Shown here one piece after another: positions 1-11,900 of a DNA stretch of 64,000 bases. The DNA lies in assembly GCA_020891255.1 (NCBI GenBank), contig BQFW01000012.1, positions 1,488,001 to 1,552,000 of the forward strand, in the 5' to 3' direction. The first letter of the stretch is position 1; every line of letters starts with the position of its first letter. This DNA comes from Entomortierella parvispora E1425 (lineage: Eukaryota > Fungi > Mortierellomycota). The translations under genes and the position numbers were made by a program. The notes beneath the pieces are model-generated. The model did no database searches, was not told the origin of the DNA, and saw only the letters and a list, made by a program, of their open reading frames with translations.

Positions 1-1742
1 ACCCAGGCTTCGGCCACAAGGAGGAGTACCCACACCATTGGTGACTTGCACGTGTCCACCAACGGCTCCCTCTCGTACGACATCAAAGGTGTTGCCAACG
101 CGATCCATCTTATCGCCAGCAACTGAACTCTATTTGATCCTCGCCATCTACACGCTTTTGGTCCTGACGTCCATCCTCGGCAGTGAGTTTGTCATGCTCT
201 ACACCCAGAGCCCCGTCCTGCGGGGTGGACTCGAGTTTTCTGCAAAGGTTTTGGGCCAGGTGTTGACAATACGCGGGATTCTAAAGTTAACCTTCAACCT
301 CTTTGGCTACCCTTGGATGGTGAGGCGAACTGGACTTTTGAATTGCTTGCGGATCGGTATCGTTGCGATTGGCTCTGTCTCTGTCCTGGGACTGGGCTGG
401 TTTGTCCCATGGAGCGTCGAGAATGAGAACATGATCCTCTCCGTCAATGCAGACAAGGAGCACGCTGCTCAGACTAAGAGGCCGCCCGTGGGAATGACCG
501 CCGTCTTGCTGTGCCTGAGTCTAATTTCAGTAGGGGATGTTCTGGGCTACATCTCTGTGCTTGTTCTGGTATGAATTCGCGCTTTCCTGTACAAGTCGCG
601 ATCGCACGCTGGCCCTCTGATGGGAAGAGTGCAAAAAATATGATTTTCAAACGTTTAACCGTCTTCCACTTCATTCCCTTTCATTTCCTGCGGGGATTTT
701 TAGTTTGGAAAGAGTGCGGATCGATTGAAAAGCGGAGGCAAGACAATGAATACCGAAGGACCTAATCAACAACAAGGCGGGAGCGGAGTGCTCTGGAGTG
801 TGGCCCAAGTTTCGGCAAATGTGATGCGCCTGACTGGTCCAGTGCTCGCAGGGTAAGAACACAAAGCAAATCCAAAGGAACAAAGAGAAGGACAAAAAAA
901 AAAAAAAAAACCAGGGAGCAGAGATGGGACAGCTGGAAACACAGTGCAGACCTTAAAGGATTTCTTGGACGTTCCCCTGTTTTATTTGGCGGAGAAAAGG
1001 CAATTGGGCACGCTGCATGCATGATAAGTCAAGAGCAAAGACGACTCTATCAAAGTCCGTGTGTGTCTCATTCAGGTCTTCTTGCTCTCTGCTCTCGTCT
1101 GATGCATGCACCTTGTCTGAGCTGGCTTTTTGAACACGGGCCTGCATGATCGACCGATGTCTGAGTAAACTGACATGTGTAGGATGGAATCAATTCTCTC
1201 AGATTGACTAACCTCACCATGTATTACTGAATGCTAGATTGCTTTGGTCTTTGACGGACAAATCGCCTTCGGTATCGGCTTCCGATGTTCAAAGAGTAGG
1301 GCAGAGCGCCACAGGAGGGGCCAGCGTGGGATCGACTCAATCCACTTTCTCAGTGCCCCATGAGGCAAGTGTGGAGAAGATTGAATTTCAAGAGTCTCAT
1401 GGACATTTCTGGGCCGTGGCCACGAAAATCTTTCGCGGGTCTACTAGTGTCTTCTACCTCGTTGGCGCAATCTGCATTGTGAACTTTGTCGCCAGTCAAT
1501 TCTTGTACCTTTCGACGCCTTCTTCGTCCACAAAGGCTGAAGGGGCAGTATCCCCTGCATCCCAGCAGCATCAGCACGAGCCAGCGCCGCAGGCTCAAGA
1601 TTATTTCTTACAACCCGAATATTCTAGTGGCGCCGGTCAATCTTCCCAGCAACAGCAGCAGTTCCAACAACCGCAGCAGAGTCAATTAGAGGCGGGCCAT
1701 GTTACTTGCCCAATCCACCGGATTTTACACTCTAGTGCTTGA
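1..1742 (+). CDS. MFS-type transporter, 3' part of copy 1 (exons ~<1-568, 704-852, 1238-1742)
   Basis: Several hydrophobic helices (e.g. LYLILAIYTLLVLTSILG, VFYLVGAICIVNFVASQFLY). Helix-10/11-like 'VAQVSANVMRLTGPVLAG'. GT-AG introns at 569-703 and 853-1237. Confidence 0.7.
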
Positions 1743-3206
1743 GATGGGCCAAAGAACGTCATTAAAGAAAGGATCGACCAAAAGATAAACTGTCTTTTTT
1801 TTTTCTTCTTTTTTTTCTGTTTTGGTTGTATTTTTTTCCTGTTTGCCCAGCTGATCCAAACAAACCATAGCCAAACGCCCATAGTTAACGCAATAGGTCA
1901 CCATTGACGCTTCATCAACATACACTTGTCGCGTATCTCTTGAGTCCTGTGCTCTACAATTGAATAAGTTCATATCAATAGGAGCTATTCTTTTTTTTTT
2001 GATAGGATGTGGTTCCTTTTGGAAAAAAAAAAAGATTGCTTGCGGCTAAAATACAGCAAAGATCAACCCCAAGTCGTCTCCTTCTCCTTGACAGGAGAGT
2101 GTCCAGGAGAGTGGAGAGATAGGGGACGAGGGCTATAATGTAGAGGGTCTGCGTGTGGGCAACAAAAAAATAGACATATTTTTAGATCATTTAGCTAACG
2201 GGGTGTCATATCCACCTTGGTTCTTCGACGGATGTGATGAAGAAAACAAGGCTTCTAGAACAAAAAGGGTGCTTGGTCGTTTACCTCTGAAGAATGTCAA
2301 TTGGAAGGTCGTCATTATTCTTCTTCGATTGAGCGATATTATCGATCGCAAAAGAGCAAATTGTGTTTTGTTTCCGGAACAAAGGGGTGGGGCCAGATTG
2401 TTGACTACTGTCTGCCTCGCTGTGAGGGTCAGGCTTCCCAATCACCGATCGCTCTGCTCTTTCCTCATTCCTACACCAATCCAAGGAGTGAATCAATGAT
2501 TACAAGGATCAATACAAAAAAGCGCCCTCCACTCGGGCTGAGGGAGGAGAGGCGGAGGGAGGGAGGAAAGCAAAGGAAAACAAACATCCAGAGTCGGGTT
2601 TCCCCCGTTTCAATCGCTCAGTGTCTCCTTGTTCTTTCCGCTCGCCCCCCTACAACTTTTGCGGATCAAAATAATGATGATGAGAGTCCACGTACAGGGA
2701 TGGGGCGCACATTGGCCAAAAATCTCTCACTCACTGTTCAAGCGTTTCCAACCAGATATGGATACGAACACCACAAAGAGAGGGCAGGAGAAAGAAAAGG
2801 GGACGTAAAATATCGTCTTTCTGATTTCCCTCCCATTTTTCTTTCTTTTTTGTTTTTCAACGGCAGCCAAAAAAGCGTGGCGGACGGAGGTCAAGGATCT
2901 GGGTTCCTAATTAGTTGTTTGTTAGTCGCTTCATAAGCAGCCGCCGCTCAAGTCAGCGCGTCAGTATAAAACAAACTCAATAAATGAGAGCTGAAAGGGG
3001 AGCAACTGGTGTTCGTTTGCCATTGTTGCTTTTCTAACAATCTGTTGGCGATGTTGGACTCCCGTTTGTTTTTCTTCTCAGAAAGCAACAAGGCTTGTCG
3101 CTGGTTGGTTTCGTAGGACATGCATTGTTCTTCTGAGCAACACCGTAGCTACTGTTCTCTGCTCTCTTATTCGTTCCCGCGAAAAGACGACCAAAGGGCA
3201 GCACCA

Positions 3207-3380
3207 TTAGCCTGCCTCCTTTCTTCGAGGCCAAGAGAATCACTTTTTTGATTCTTTGAGTTGATTGGCCCTTCTTCCGTTTTTGTGTAACTTGATTCTC
3301 GCTGGAAAGCAGAAAAAAGTTGATTTCCAGAGAGAATCAAAAAGTGATTCTCTTGGGCACACAAGAAAGGAGGCAGGCTA
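3207..3380. mobile_element. 174-bp foldback/MITE-like insert with ~48-bp imperfect terminal inverted repeats
   Basis: Left arm tagcctgcctcctttcttcgaggccaagagaatcacttttttgattct (3208-3255) is the near reverse complement of 3333-3380. The whole segment is absent at the homologous site of repeat copy 2 (~20846). Confidence 0.7.
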
Positions 3381-4100
3381 TTTTTTTTGTGCGATCTAAC
3401 CAATTTTCGATGGTTTTCCTTAAGGTGACCGCGCCCAATGAAGTTCCCCCTTTTCGATTATCGTCGCTCTGTTGCTCTCCGCCTGCGCAAGGCAATATGA
3501 ATGCACCAAGGACAGGTCGCACAAAAAAGCGATACACAAAAAAGTGGCCAGTCGAGTTTTCCCTTCCAGTTGGCTATTTTTTTTTTCCTTTTTTTTTTTT
3601 TTTGGCCTTCGATTGAAGGTCCTCCATGACCCAGTGGACAAAAAGGAGGGATACACATGATTGAGCAAAAAAACAATGTTTTTGAAAAGATGATCTGATC
3701 CCACAGAAACGACTACAAGCCATCCCACTCCACGTTCCTTCTTACCCCAGTCTTGCCACCAGACCATTGTGATGTTTTTCCCTATTTTTTTTTCTCTTGG
3801 TTCTGCAAGGATGGGATGATCAAACAAAAAAAAACAAATGTTCTCCTTTCTTCTTTCGAACTAGACTGAGTAGGGGGGCTACAGTTTGGGTCCCAAGCAC
3901 CATTGTACCCATCGATCCTTTTGTTAGTCTGCAATGAAGAACAGCTGCCCAACAACGGCAAGCTCCTCTGTAATCATTTGCCTACCAATTTTACTCAAGT
4001 GGATGATTTCGGGGACACCGACCTCTCAGATCCCGCCGATATCGTACACAAGACCGTCTTGCCCCCTAAAAAGTATTTCTTTAAGATTCGGCCTGGATCG

Positions 4101-4183
4101 AATGGAACCCATCAGTCGCCTCCGATACTCGAAGAAAATGGGGTGAATCGAACCCATCAATCGCTTCCGATACTCAAAAAAAA
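4101..4183. repeat. Two-copy 45-bp-period imperfect tandem repeat
   Basis: aatggaacccatcagtcgcctccgatactc at 4101 and aatcgaacccatcaatcgcttccgatactc at 4146. Confidence 0.85.
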
Positions 4184-4358
4184 GGCTCAGGTGGCATGCC
4201 ATTAGCTCTAACAATTCCCCAAGTTCTATGCACTAACAGTCTGGAACCGGGAACCTATCAGCTACTCCATTGAAGCAGAATTCAGTAAGCGTTGGATTGT
4301 TATTTTTCGTTATTCCTCCTAGCAAATATCTCAGATCACCCTTTTCCTCTGCAATTTT

Positions 4359-7136
4359 TTACAAAGGATATGGCTTTGGTTTGCTCATATCCATCGCCTT
4401 TTCAGACTTTCTCTTCTTTGACTTGGTCGGGGTCAGCATGACGTGGCTCCGGAACGCTCGCTCATGTGGCGGAGGAGTGTTCGCCCGGTATAGGTTTGCC
4501 TTCATGTTGACCTTGGCCATTCTTGCTTCGTTCTTCTCCTTCGTGGTTTCGATCGTCCGCACATTGGCCTCCAGAGCGACCTACGGTTGCAGTAGAGAGC
4601 ATTGGGCGGTTAGATGGGGCCAGTCAGAAAACAAAATAAAAGGGCGCGCAATAGGATACGTACGATGTAGTTCCAGATAATGGGCAGAGAGGAGTCTTCC
4701 AGGAACTCGATCAGACCCCCCTCGGTGGTTGGAATGTGGGCAAACTCGTCCGTCGTCGTTCCTGCTATCGCAATGTCTCCCATTGGACAAATGCGATAGA
4801 ACGCACCGGTGTATCCTTTCAGGGTATGAAAAAAGATAGAGTCAGCCTTCCAATGTTCATAGCAGACTCCTCTGAAAAGGCTCCATACCTTGCACGTCAG
4901 CCATGAACACCACCGGGTTCTCCAACCCGAGCGCGTACATCTCCTCCTGGATGCACCTTGCGAGTCTGACGTTCTTCCGGTTTTGGATTGCAACATCCGC
5001 ACCGCAAATATTGAGCCGTTTGAACTCAATGTTCGACACCTCTACACCGCCAGCAAGAAAAATGCAGTCGACTTTTCGACCTGCCTCCGACACGTCTCCA
5101 TGCTCCAAGAATTGAAGCCTCTTCATTATTTTTGAGGCTGCCAACACCGTTTCACCACTAAACATAGAAAGAGGGCGTGTCGTAAGTAGCTAGCTATATT
5201 ACAAACATCGTGTAGAAATATGAGCACCATAGTACATACGTCTTCATGTGTATCTTTTCCATTATAACAACGAAGATTGAAGCCCAGAGGTGGAGGCAGT
5301 CCGATTCCGAAGGATCGTCTTTTGGAAACGGAGGATGCAAGATGAAATCGCAGCTGATGAAGAGAAAGAATCGATTAGATATGCAAGCGTCAACCTGAGC
5401 AAGTACAGATCTGGAGAAGGATACTTGTGATGGATGCCTTCTAGCCCAAATAACACTCACAGTTTTTCGAGAATGTGGAGGGTCTTGTCGCGAATGACTG
5501 CCTGTGGCGACAGTTTGTAATCTGTGGCTTCACCCTGCAGTTTACCTCGGTCACATATCACTTTGCTGCGCAGGGCAGCAACGCCTTCGGCCTCCAAGAA
5601 CTCGCAGTATTCTCTGAGAATTGACGAGGACGGGTGCTCGGTGAAGTTGGGCATGTGACTCATTTGGCGAGCGTCATGGAGAAGTTGGCGGTTATTTTGA
5701 TCGAAATATGTTGTTGCGCTGGATGAGATGGTGTTCAACAGGCAGCTCATCGAAACTCTAGAAGCAAAACGTACAGGATGTGTCAGCGTTAAATCTCCAA
5801 AGGACACACATTGGACTTGTAGGCTCGAAGCTTCATGCAAACAAATCCAATGGTATTACTGTGCATCTTTGATCAAGAGGATGTCCCGCTCTGACGGAGT
5901 TTGACCTTGATACTTTTGCAATAATTCAATCGTATGGTGGAATAGATGCGAGTGCGATTCACTCATCGCGGGTGTAGCACTTGGCAGGGGTGCATTCGTG
6001 GCTCCATTGACCTATGAGAAAACAAATTTGGCGTGAGCACGAAGCGGGGGATCTCTTACGCAAGGTAAAATAGGCAGTAAAACTCACCATGGCAACTAGA
6101 GCAACGGCCAGGGTATGCCATGGTTCAACTGTCGTCACAGACGGCGACCTCGGTCTCTTAGTCGACGATGATGCTGAGCCTATCACAGTTCATTTGTTAA
6201 TAAAGTGAGTGTTAATTCATATCAGCTCAATCCTCTTCAATGTTTCTGGTTGCACTTTTATCACCTCCAGCGGCATTTTGCACTATTTCGCCTCCGTCCT
6301 CATCGGTGTCCACCTGAGGGATAAAAGAGTGACCAATGTTGAGATCTTGGACGGCATTATTCACAGCATTATCGAAAGTATCCTCGTCGGCCTCGACCGC
6401 ATCGTCAACGACATTGTCGACGGCAACGCTGCGGTTATCCTCTACAGGACATTCTCCCACGGCGTCATCCAGGAACGGGTCGTTTAGTCCAGGGATTGAC
6501 ACTGGAAGAAACAAATTAGTAATATTGTCAGCTGATTGAAGACGCTGCGAGTCAACAAGGTCATTCACTAATAACGAACATTTGTTCCTCGGCGTCATTT
6601 GCTGAGCTGTGCATTCGTTATCAGATGGATCGCGAGGGTGTTTCCGTCCAGTTTGAAAATTGTCTATCATTGTCAAGACAGAACGTACTTAGCGGATGAC
6701 GTTTCGTTGGTGTATTAAAATAATAATAAGCTTGCTCAGAAACTCTACCAACATCCGCCTGCTGAGCACCGTTCTGTACTGCGTTGTCGGCTTCAAGTTT
6801 CGAAAATCCACGTGCCGATAATGCAAGCGAGGCTCGCTGAGCAAAAGCAGCCGTTCTCTTGGCAACAGTATCGCATGAGGCAGTTAGCTCGTCACTGGCC
6901 AGTTCCCTGTCCCATTCCAGCCAGAATGAATCGAGGTGGGCCTCCACGAAGACGTCATATTCGGATCTCAGACTTTCACGTAGCGCCTTCGCCAGTCTTG
7001 AAGACTCCAGCATTTGACTGTAGTGAGACATGGCCACCTCCTTGCTAATGAAACCAAACTTCCTGACAAAAGACTTGAACGAGATATACTTGCTATTGGC
7101 CTTCATCTCGTCGTTGGCCCATGAAGTGTAATCCAT
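4359..7136 (-). CDS. Multi-exon hypothetical protein with a C-terminal PD-(D/E)xK nuclease-like motif; possibly degenerate
   Basis: A chain of minus-strand ORFs (7136-6621, 6676-6227, 6186-5959, 5840-5457, 5456-5262, 5165-4857, 5029-4610, 4562-4359), partly joinable by GT-AG introns. Motif GRKVDCIF-x6-SNIEFKR in 5165-4857. Not all junctions were resolved in frame. Confidence 0.55.
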
Positions 7137-7231
7137 TCTAAGGTCTCACAATAAACAAGAAGGGCTTTTAGTATCCGGTCATTTTTCAGTGAGGATTTCG
7201 AAGATACGCCTTCCTTCAGAGAATAACAGAG

Positions 7232-7452
7232 AACACATTGTTCGGCTCCCATCCCCGGTCAGCATGCCAGAGAAAGATAGATATCTTTCCGTTAAACACG
7301 CCTGAGCTAAAGGACATGTCAACCTTTTGGACAATGGGTCTGATCTGTTTCCTCCTTTTCAACAACACATTGAATTCAATTCTGTCCAACCACCTCCCCG
7401 GTCAACATGCCAGAGAAAGTTGCCTTTCCGTTAAACACGTCTGAGCTAAAGG
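7232..7452. repeat. Two-copy imperfect tandem repeat (~140-bp period)
   Basis: ccccggtc(a)gcatgccagagaaag...ttccgttaaacacg(c/t)ctgagctaaagga occurs at ~7252-7313 and ~7395-7452. Confidence 0.85.
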
Positions 7453-8069
7453 AGGTTGGTTGCTACCGACAAAAGTGATTCTCTGGTGATGGCATGCGAA
7501 TAAATACTCTACCTGAGTGATGAATGTAAAATGTTGGGTGGAGGGAGTTGGAAAGTCAAGAGAGTTGGAAAGTGTAGAGCGTTGGAAATTGTAGAGCGTT
7601 GGAGAGCGTTGGAGAGTGGAGAGAGTTGGATGGTGGAGAGAGAGTGCAATCAATTCAGCAATCAGACCGCATCCAGCACAATCCAGGCAATAATTACGTC
7701 ACCGAAACGTAGCTATCGCACCAGAAAGCTTTCCGCAATCTGCGGGTTGAGAACGTTGGCTGACGAACAAAGGGGGAGGGAGAGATAGTCTGCTAGAGTC
7801 TGCTACAGTAAGATCTTTGCTTGTTTTCTCGGTCGGGCACCATCCTCTTCACCTCCCTGCTCCTTTTCGACTTGTCTCTTCTTGCTGTTTTCGTTGCCAG
7901 CAGTGCCATAGAGGGCAGTAACGGTGGCAATGACATTGGAGATGGCGGTGGCCATGGCGGTGCTGGAAGTGATATCTTGAGCGGTGGTGGTAGTAGCGAC
8001 AGCCGTGGTGGAGAAAGCTGCGGTGGCAATGGCGGTACTGGAGGAGGTGCCTTGTGCGGTGGCAGTTGT

Positions 8070-8714
8070 CACGACAATCTATTACAAAATCAGCCGAGGA
8101 CTACAACCGATTACGTTGTCTGAAGCAGCGAAGGAAAGAAAAAAAAAGGCAATAATCATGCCATTCATTCATGCCAAGGATATGGTTTCTGAACCGGATC
8201 TGGATGGAAAGGTGCGTATATGTGAGTGAGTTCAGCAACTTCTGTTTTGATTGTATGCTGAGTCCTTGTTGCGTGGTAGATATCGGTGCAATCATTTTCT
8301 GACGGGAACAAAACATATTCGGTCAGTATAAACATTGAGCTTTCTACTCTTGTCTCTTGTACCTGTAATGATTACGATCGCTATAAAGAACCCTGCAAGC
8401 ATATGTATTTGGTGCCAAGGATTTACTGTGAGATGGATATCAGCTACAATGGCAATCCAGTTCGAGAAAATCCAATGACATCAGCGATTGACAACAATGA
8501 CAGTGGCTATGTGTCCCTGGAGTCTACCCTTAGTCCCGCCCTCAAACTCCTCCTCCAGAGGCAGAGAACTGAAAAGGAAGAGGCTGAGCGACAGGCTAAA
8601 GCGAAAGCCGTAGAGATCCAACAGAAACGAGAGTGGGAGGAAACTCAGGCACAGATTGATGCCGACCTGGGGACTCTGACTGAGCTTGCTAGGAGACCAA
8701 AAAAGTGTTCTTAA
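8070..8714 (+). pseudogene. 3' fragment of a MULE/Mutator-like transposase with SWIM zinc finger
   Basis: CTCNDYDRYKEPCKH fits the CxC-xn-CxH SWIM finger and is preceded by VQSFSDGNKTYSV. An upstream exon reads ...KERKKKAIIMPFIHAKDMVSEPDLDGKV. No DDE core is visible upstream; low-complexity opposite-strand sequence abuts instead. Confidence 0.6.
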
Positions 8715-8721
8715 AAAATTA

Positions 8722-8729
8722 TGACGTCA
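8722..8729. promoter_or_regulatory. TGACGTCA palindrome (CRE/bZIP-type site) ~250 bp upstream of the PIN-Fanzor ATG; an identical 8-mer is at 13439-13446
   Basis: Exact 8-mer at both sites. Function is not demonstrable from sequence. Confidence 0.3.
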
Positions 8730-8973
8730 CCGAGTTGGAGGGCTCCAGGACAATCCACGCCCTAATTCTCTCATTGGCTGGGATTGAGACTACGGTTAGC
8801 CCATCCAAGCGCGCAAACGCGCTCCTTCTTTCTATATACCTTCTTCCTCACCACGCTCCCCCACGCTCCTCATTACACGCTACCAGCGACAACCCTTCGC
8901 ACCATTACACATCTACATCGTTTTCCACTTTTTCATCATCTGCTCTTTACTCATCCTCCAAATCGTGCCTCTA

Positions 8974-11900
8974 ATGGGATTACAAGATTGGTTCCCCTTT
9001 TTGCGCAAAAAAGGCTATGAACCTTCTGTCATTTATCCCTCCAACGTGAAGTCAACTATGACCGATCGTACAAAACGTCTTGATGTGCTGTCGTTTTACT
9101 CTATCATCCGCAACGCATACTCTTTTAAGGCACCCGAAGAAGCGCACCAGGTCCTTGAAGCAAACTTTTTGCGTTATGGCGGGAAGGATAGACTCATTCT
9201 TTACATTGATGGTGGCGCAGCGGTGGAGAAAGAAGAGACAGCAAAAAAACGAAAGGCCAACCGTGACAAAGCCGCTGAAAAATGCTACAAGAACCTTGAC
9301 GCACTCGAGCAACGAGTCACCAACAACCAAAAGGCTAGGAAGCGACATTTCGTCGATGTGAAGAAGAGCCTAGCATCACTTTTCTATTGGCCATCCTCAG
9401 TTCGCCAGGATTTCATCGATTACCTGATCAAGGCTGGATGGACTGTTCGGATATGTGAGACAGAGGCTGATGTTGCCATCGCGGCGGACTGCCGGCCAGA
9501 AGACATTGTCATATCGGCTGACAGTGACATGCTTGCATATGGCACTATCTACACGCTCTGGCGACCCATCTCTCGCGGACTTCATCTGGCCTACAGTCGC
9601 GCAGATGTTTGCCAGACTCTTGGATTGTCATCAGCTCAGCTCACGGCTCTTGCTTGTGTGGTGTCAAATGACTACGGCAGGAACATCTTTTCGCTTGGTC
9701 CAGTCACCAGCCTTTCTGTCATCATGAACAGCAAGGGCGAAGGTATGAAACAAATGAGACGACTGTAATGTCTTGATTTGCCATCCCGTGCACACGTTAA
9801 ACAATAACTGTCGTCTTTAGATCCCAGGTCGATTGTGTCGGAATATCTGGAGAACGAGCGTGTCCAATCCAAAAACACCTGCGACAAGACATTTGAACTC
9901 GCTCTTCGAGTCTTTGCGGACCAGCTGCAAACGCCAAGCACTTGTCAGATATCAGATTCTGTCTACTCTTCCTTTAACGCTCTTCGCCAAAGATTTATGG
10001 ACCTCTGTAAACGATATCAACAAAACAGAAGTCTCCAAATGACTTTCAACAGCAGGTAAAGCCTGTTTAACAGCTCAGGATTCAAGATATGAAAGGAAAT
10101 GAGCCAATTTTTGTATTCATCATACTGTTTTGATAACTATAGCAACTCCATGGATATCATTCGGTTGCGATCATCGTCAACCAGCAACCGCTACAAGACG
10201 GTAGAGTCACCTGCAATACAGCACTCTCGCCTGACACGGGCACGTATCACCATGCCGCCTCCGGTTGAGCAGCCTCAAGACTCGTCCATCTCACACGGCA
10301 ACCAGACAGGAGAGGCACTACACCCAGCACTTCAAAGAACACGAACCCCTCGCCATCAGCCAAGATACTCGTTCAAGTCAAGGAAAGGGACTCAGGAGCA
10401 TCCACGACCCCCAATGATGAAGCAGCTTGCATACAAACCATACAAGGAGCCTGAGACTAAGCGCAAAAAGGAGACATCCGCTCCAAAGGATCCACCCACT
10501 TTGAAGACCTTGTCAAAATCTACGGCTGCAACAGATAAGCTGGCGATAACTCGACATTTGGCCTATCACCACCCAACAAGTTCATTGAGCATTGGTACTC
10601 TGAAGGCAAATATCAGACTTGCGCTTCCTAACCAGCTGGACCTGCAGCAGGAAGTTATGGAGGTCATTCAGGGAGCGACAAGCGAGGCAGCTCGAGTGAA
10701 GCGTGAAGCTCAGAGGCTGATTGGCTGCTATGTCGAAAAACTGGACAAAATTGGAATCGACCACATCAGCTCTGTAGACAAGGAAATCCTGCGCCACCTC
10801 TGTCAACCTGTTAGTATGGAGGACGTGAAGGACACTGACGACATTGCTGCGGATGAGAAGACGACAATCAGATCAATGGTCTTGTGGACGCTGAACTTGA
10901 TCCCGACGATGGAGAACCTGAAGTAGAGAGCGACGATAGTGACCTGCAACCACCAAGCACGAGCACAACAAAAAAAAAGAAGGATGACAAGGTCCAGGCA
11001 CCATTTATCTGGAGCTTTCTACGAGTAGTGTACTCTGGAAAACGACCGAGACCCTCTTCCATGGGGGACAAGGTCAATGCATTTATCGATCGTCTCACGG
11101 AACTTGGAATCTACGTCTCGCCGTCCGTTGATATCAACGAGTCAAACATGCCCTTTACTCCCACGGATCTTGTGCGCTCAATGGCCACGCAGCTGAAGGC
11201 TGAGCTTGAAAAGATGTATAAGCATGGGACATGCATAATTCACAATAAGGTAAGATGTGAAGAATATCTGAGAATACCTTGATATCCATAATGTTAACCA
11301 TAGCCACGTTTCCGATCTATTTATTCTAGCTCAAGAAGGCTAAGGATCTCGGGATTTTGGATACAAACACACAGATACTCATTCGAGATGACGTCTCCGC
11401 AGTTGAAAACTACGTTTCGCTCAACAATTTGATCCAACAGCCCCGGAGAATCGCTCCCATGACATCAGTAGAGCAGCCATTTGTTGGGTTTACTGAGCGA
11501 GAGCTGGCGGGATTTTTCATGAAAAGAGGAGGCGATCTCAAAACATCGTTGACGGAGCTAGCATCTAATGAAGGGGTGGCTCCGACTATTCAGGATGTGC
11601 AAGAATGGGTCGGGACCAAGGAGCCCGGTTATCTCTTGAAACGTTACCTTGCCGATATCGACCCCTCAGATCTCACAAGTCGCAAGAAAGGCAAGGCAGG
11701 ACATCGTGCAGCAATCAAGCTCATGTCACTCAAAGCTCTCAGGAGGCACCTTCGCATGCTAGATGATCCAACATTCGACCCAAAGGACTATACCGTCAAG
11801 GGCTATGTATCTAGGGGCTCCATCCTTACAGATGGGTTCAGAGTATACTTACTTGCCTATAAGCTTCGAGAGCTTCAGTGCGTCCGATACCGGCGGCTTC

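Larger units (their letters stand above)
1..3948. repeat. Long direct repeat, copy 1 (continues left of the window); matches 17641-21413
   Basis: Position 1 'acccaggcttcggccacaag' recurs at 17641. Identity continues to 'gaagaacagctgc' (3948 / 21413), after which the copies diverge. Differences seen are homopolymer lengths, a few substitutions and a 174-bp insert. Confidence 0.97.

Noticed and set aside
1983-3900. ORFs of 60-210 aa in the duplicated 3' flank
   Set aside because: They run through poly-A/T tracts, and frames differ between the two copies because of homopolymer changes, so they are not constrained.
4101-7452. Short two-copy repeats as CRISPR-like or guide arrays for the Fanzor
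   Set aside because: Only two imperfect copies each, different families, no repeat-spacer periodicity.
7793-8123. Thr/Ala-rich (minus) and Gly-rich (plus) ORFs as standalone genes
   Set aside because: Low-complexity fragment truncated at the MULE remnant junction; no start context or domain.
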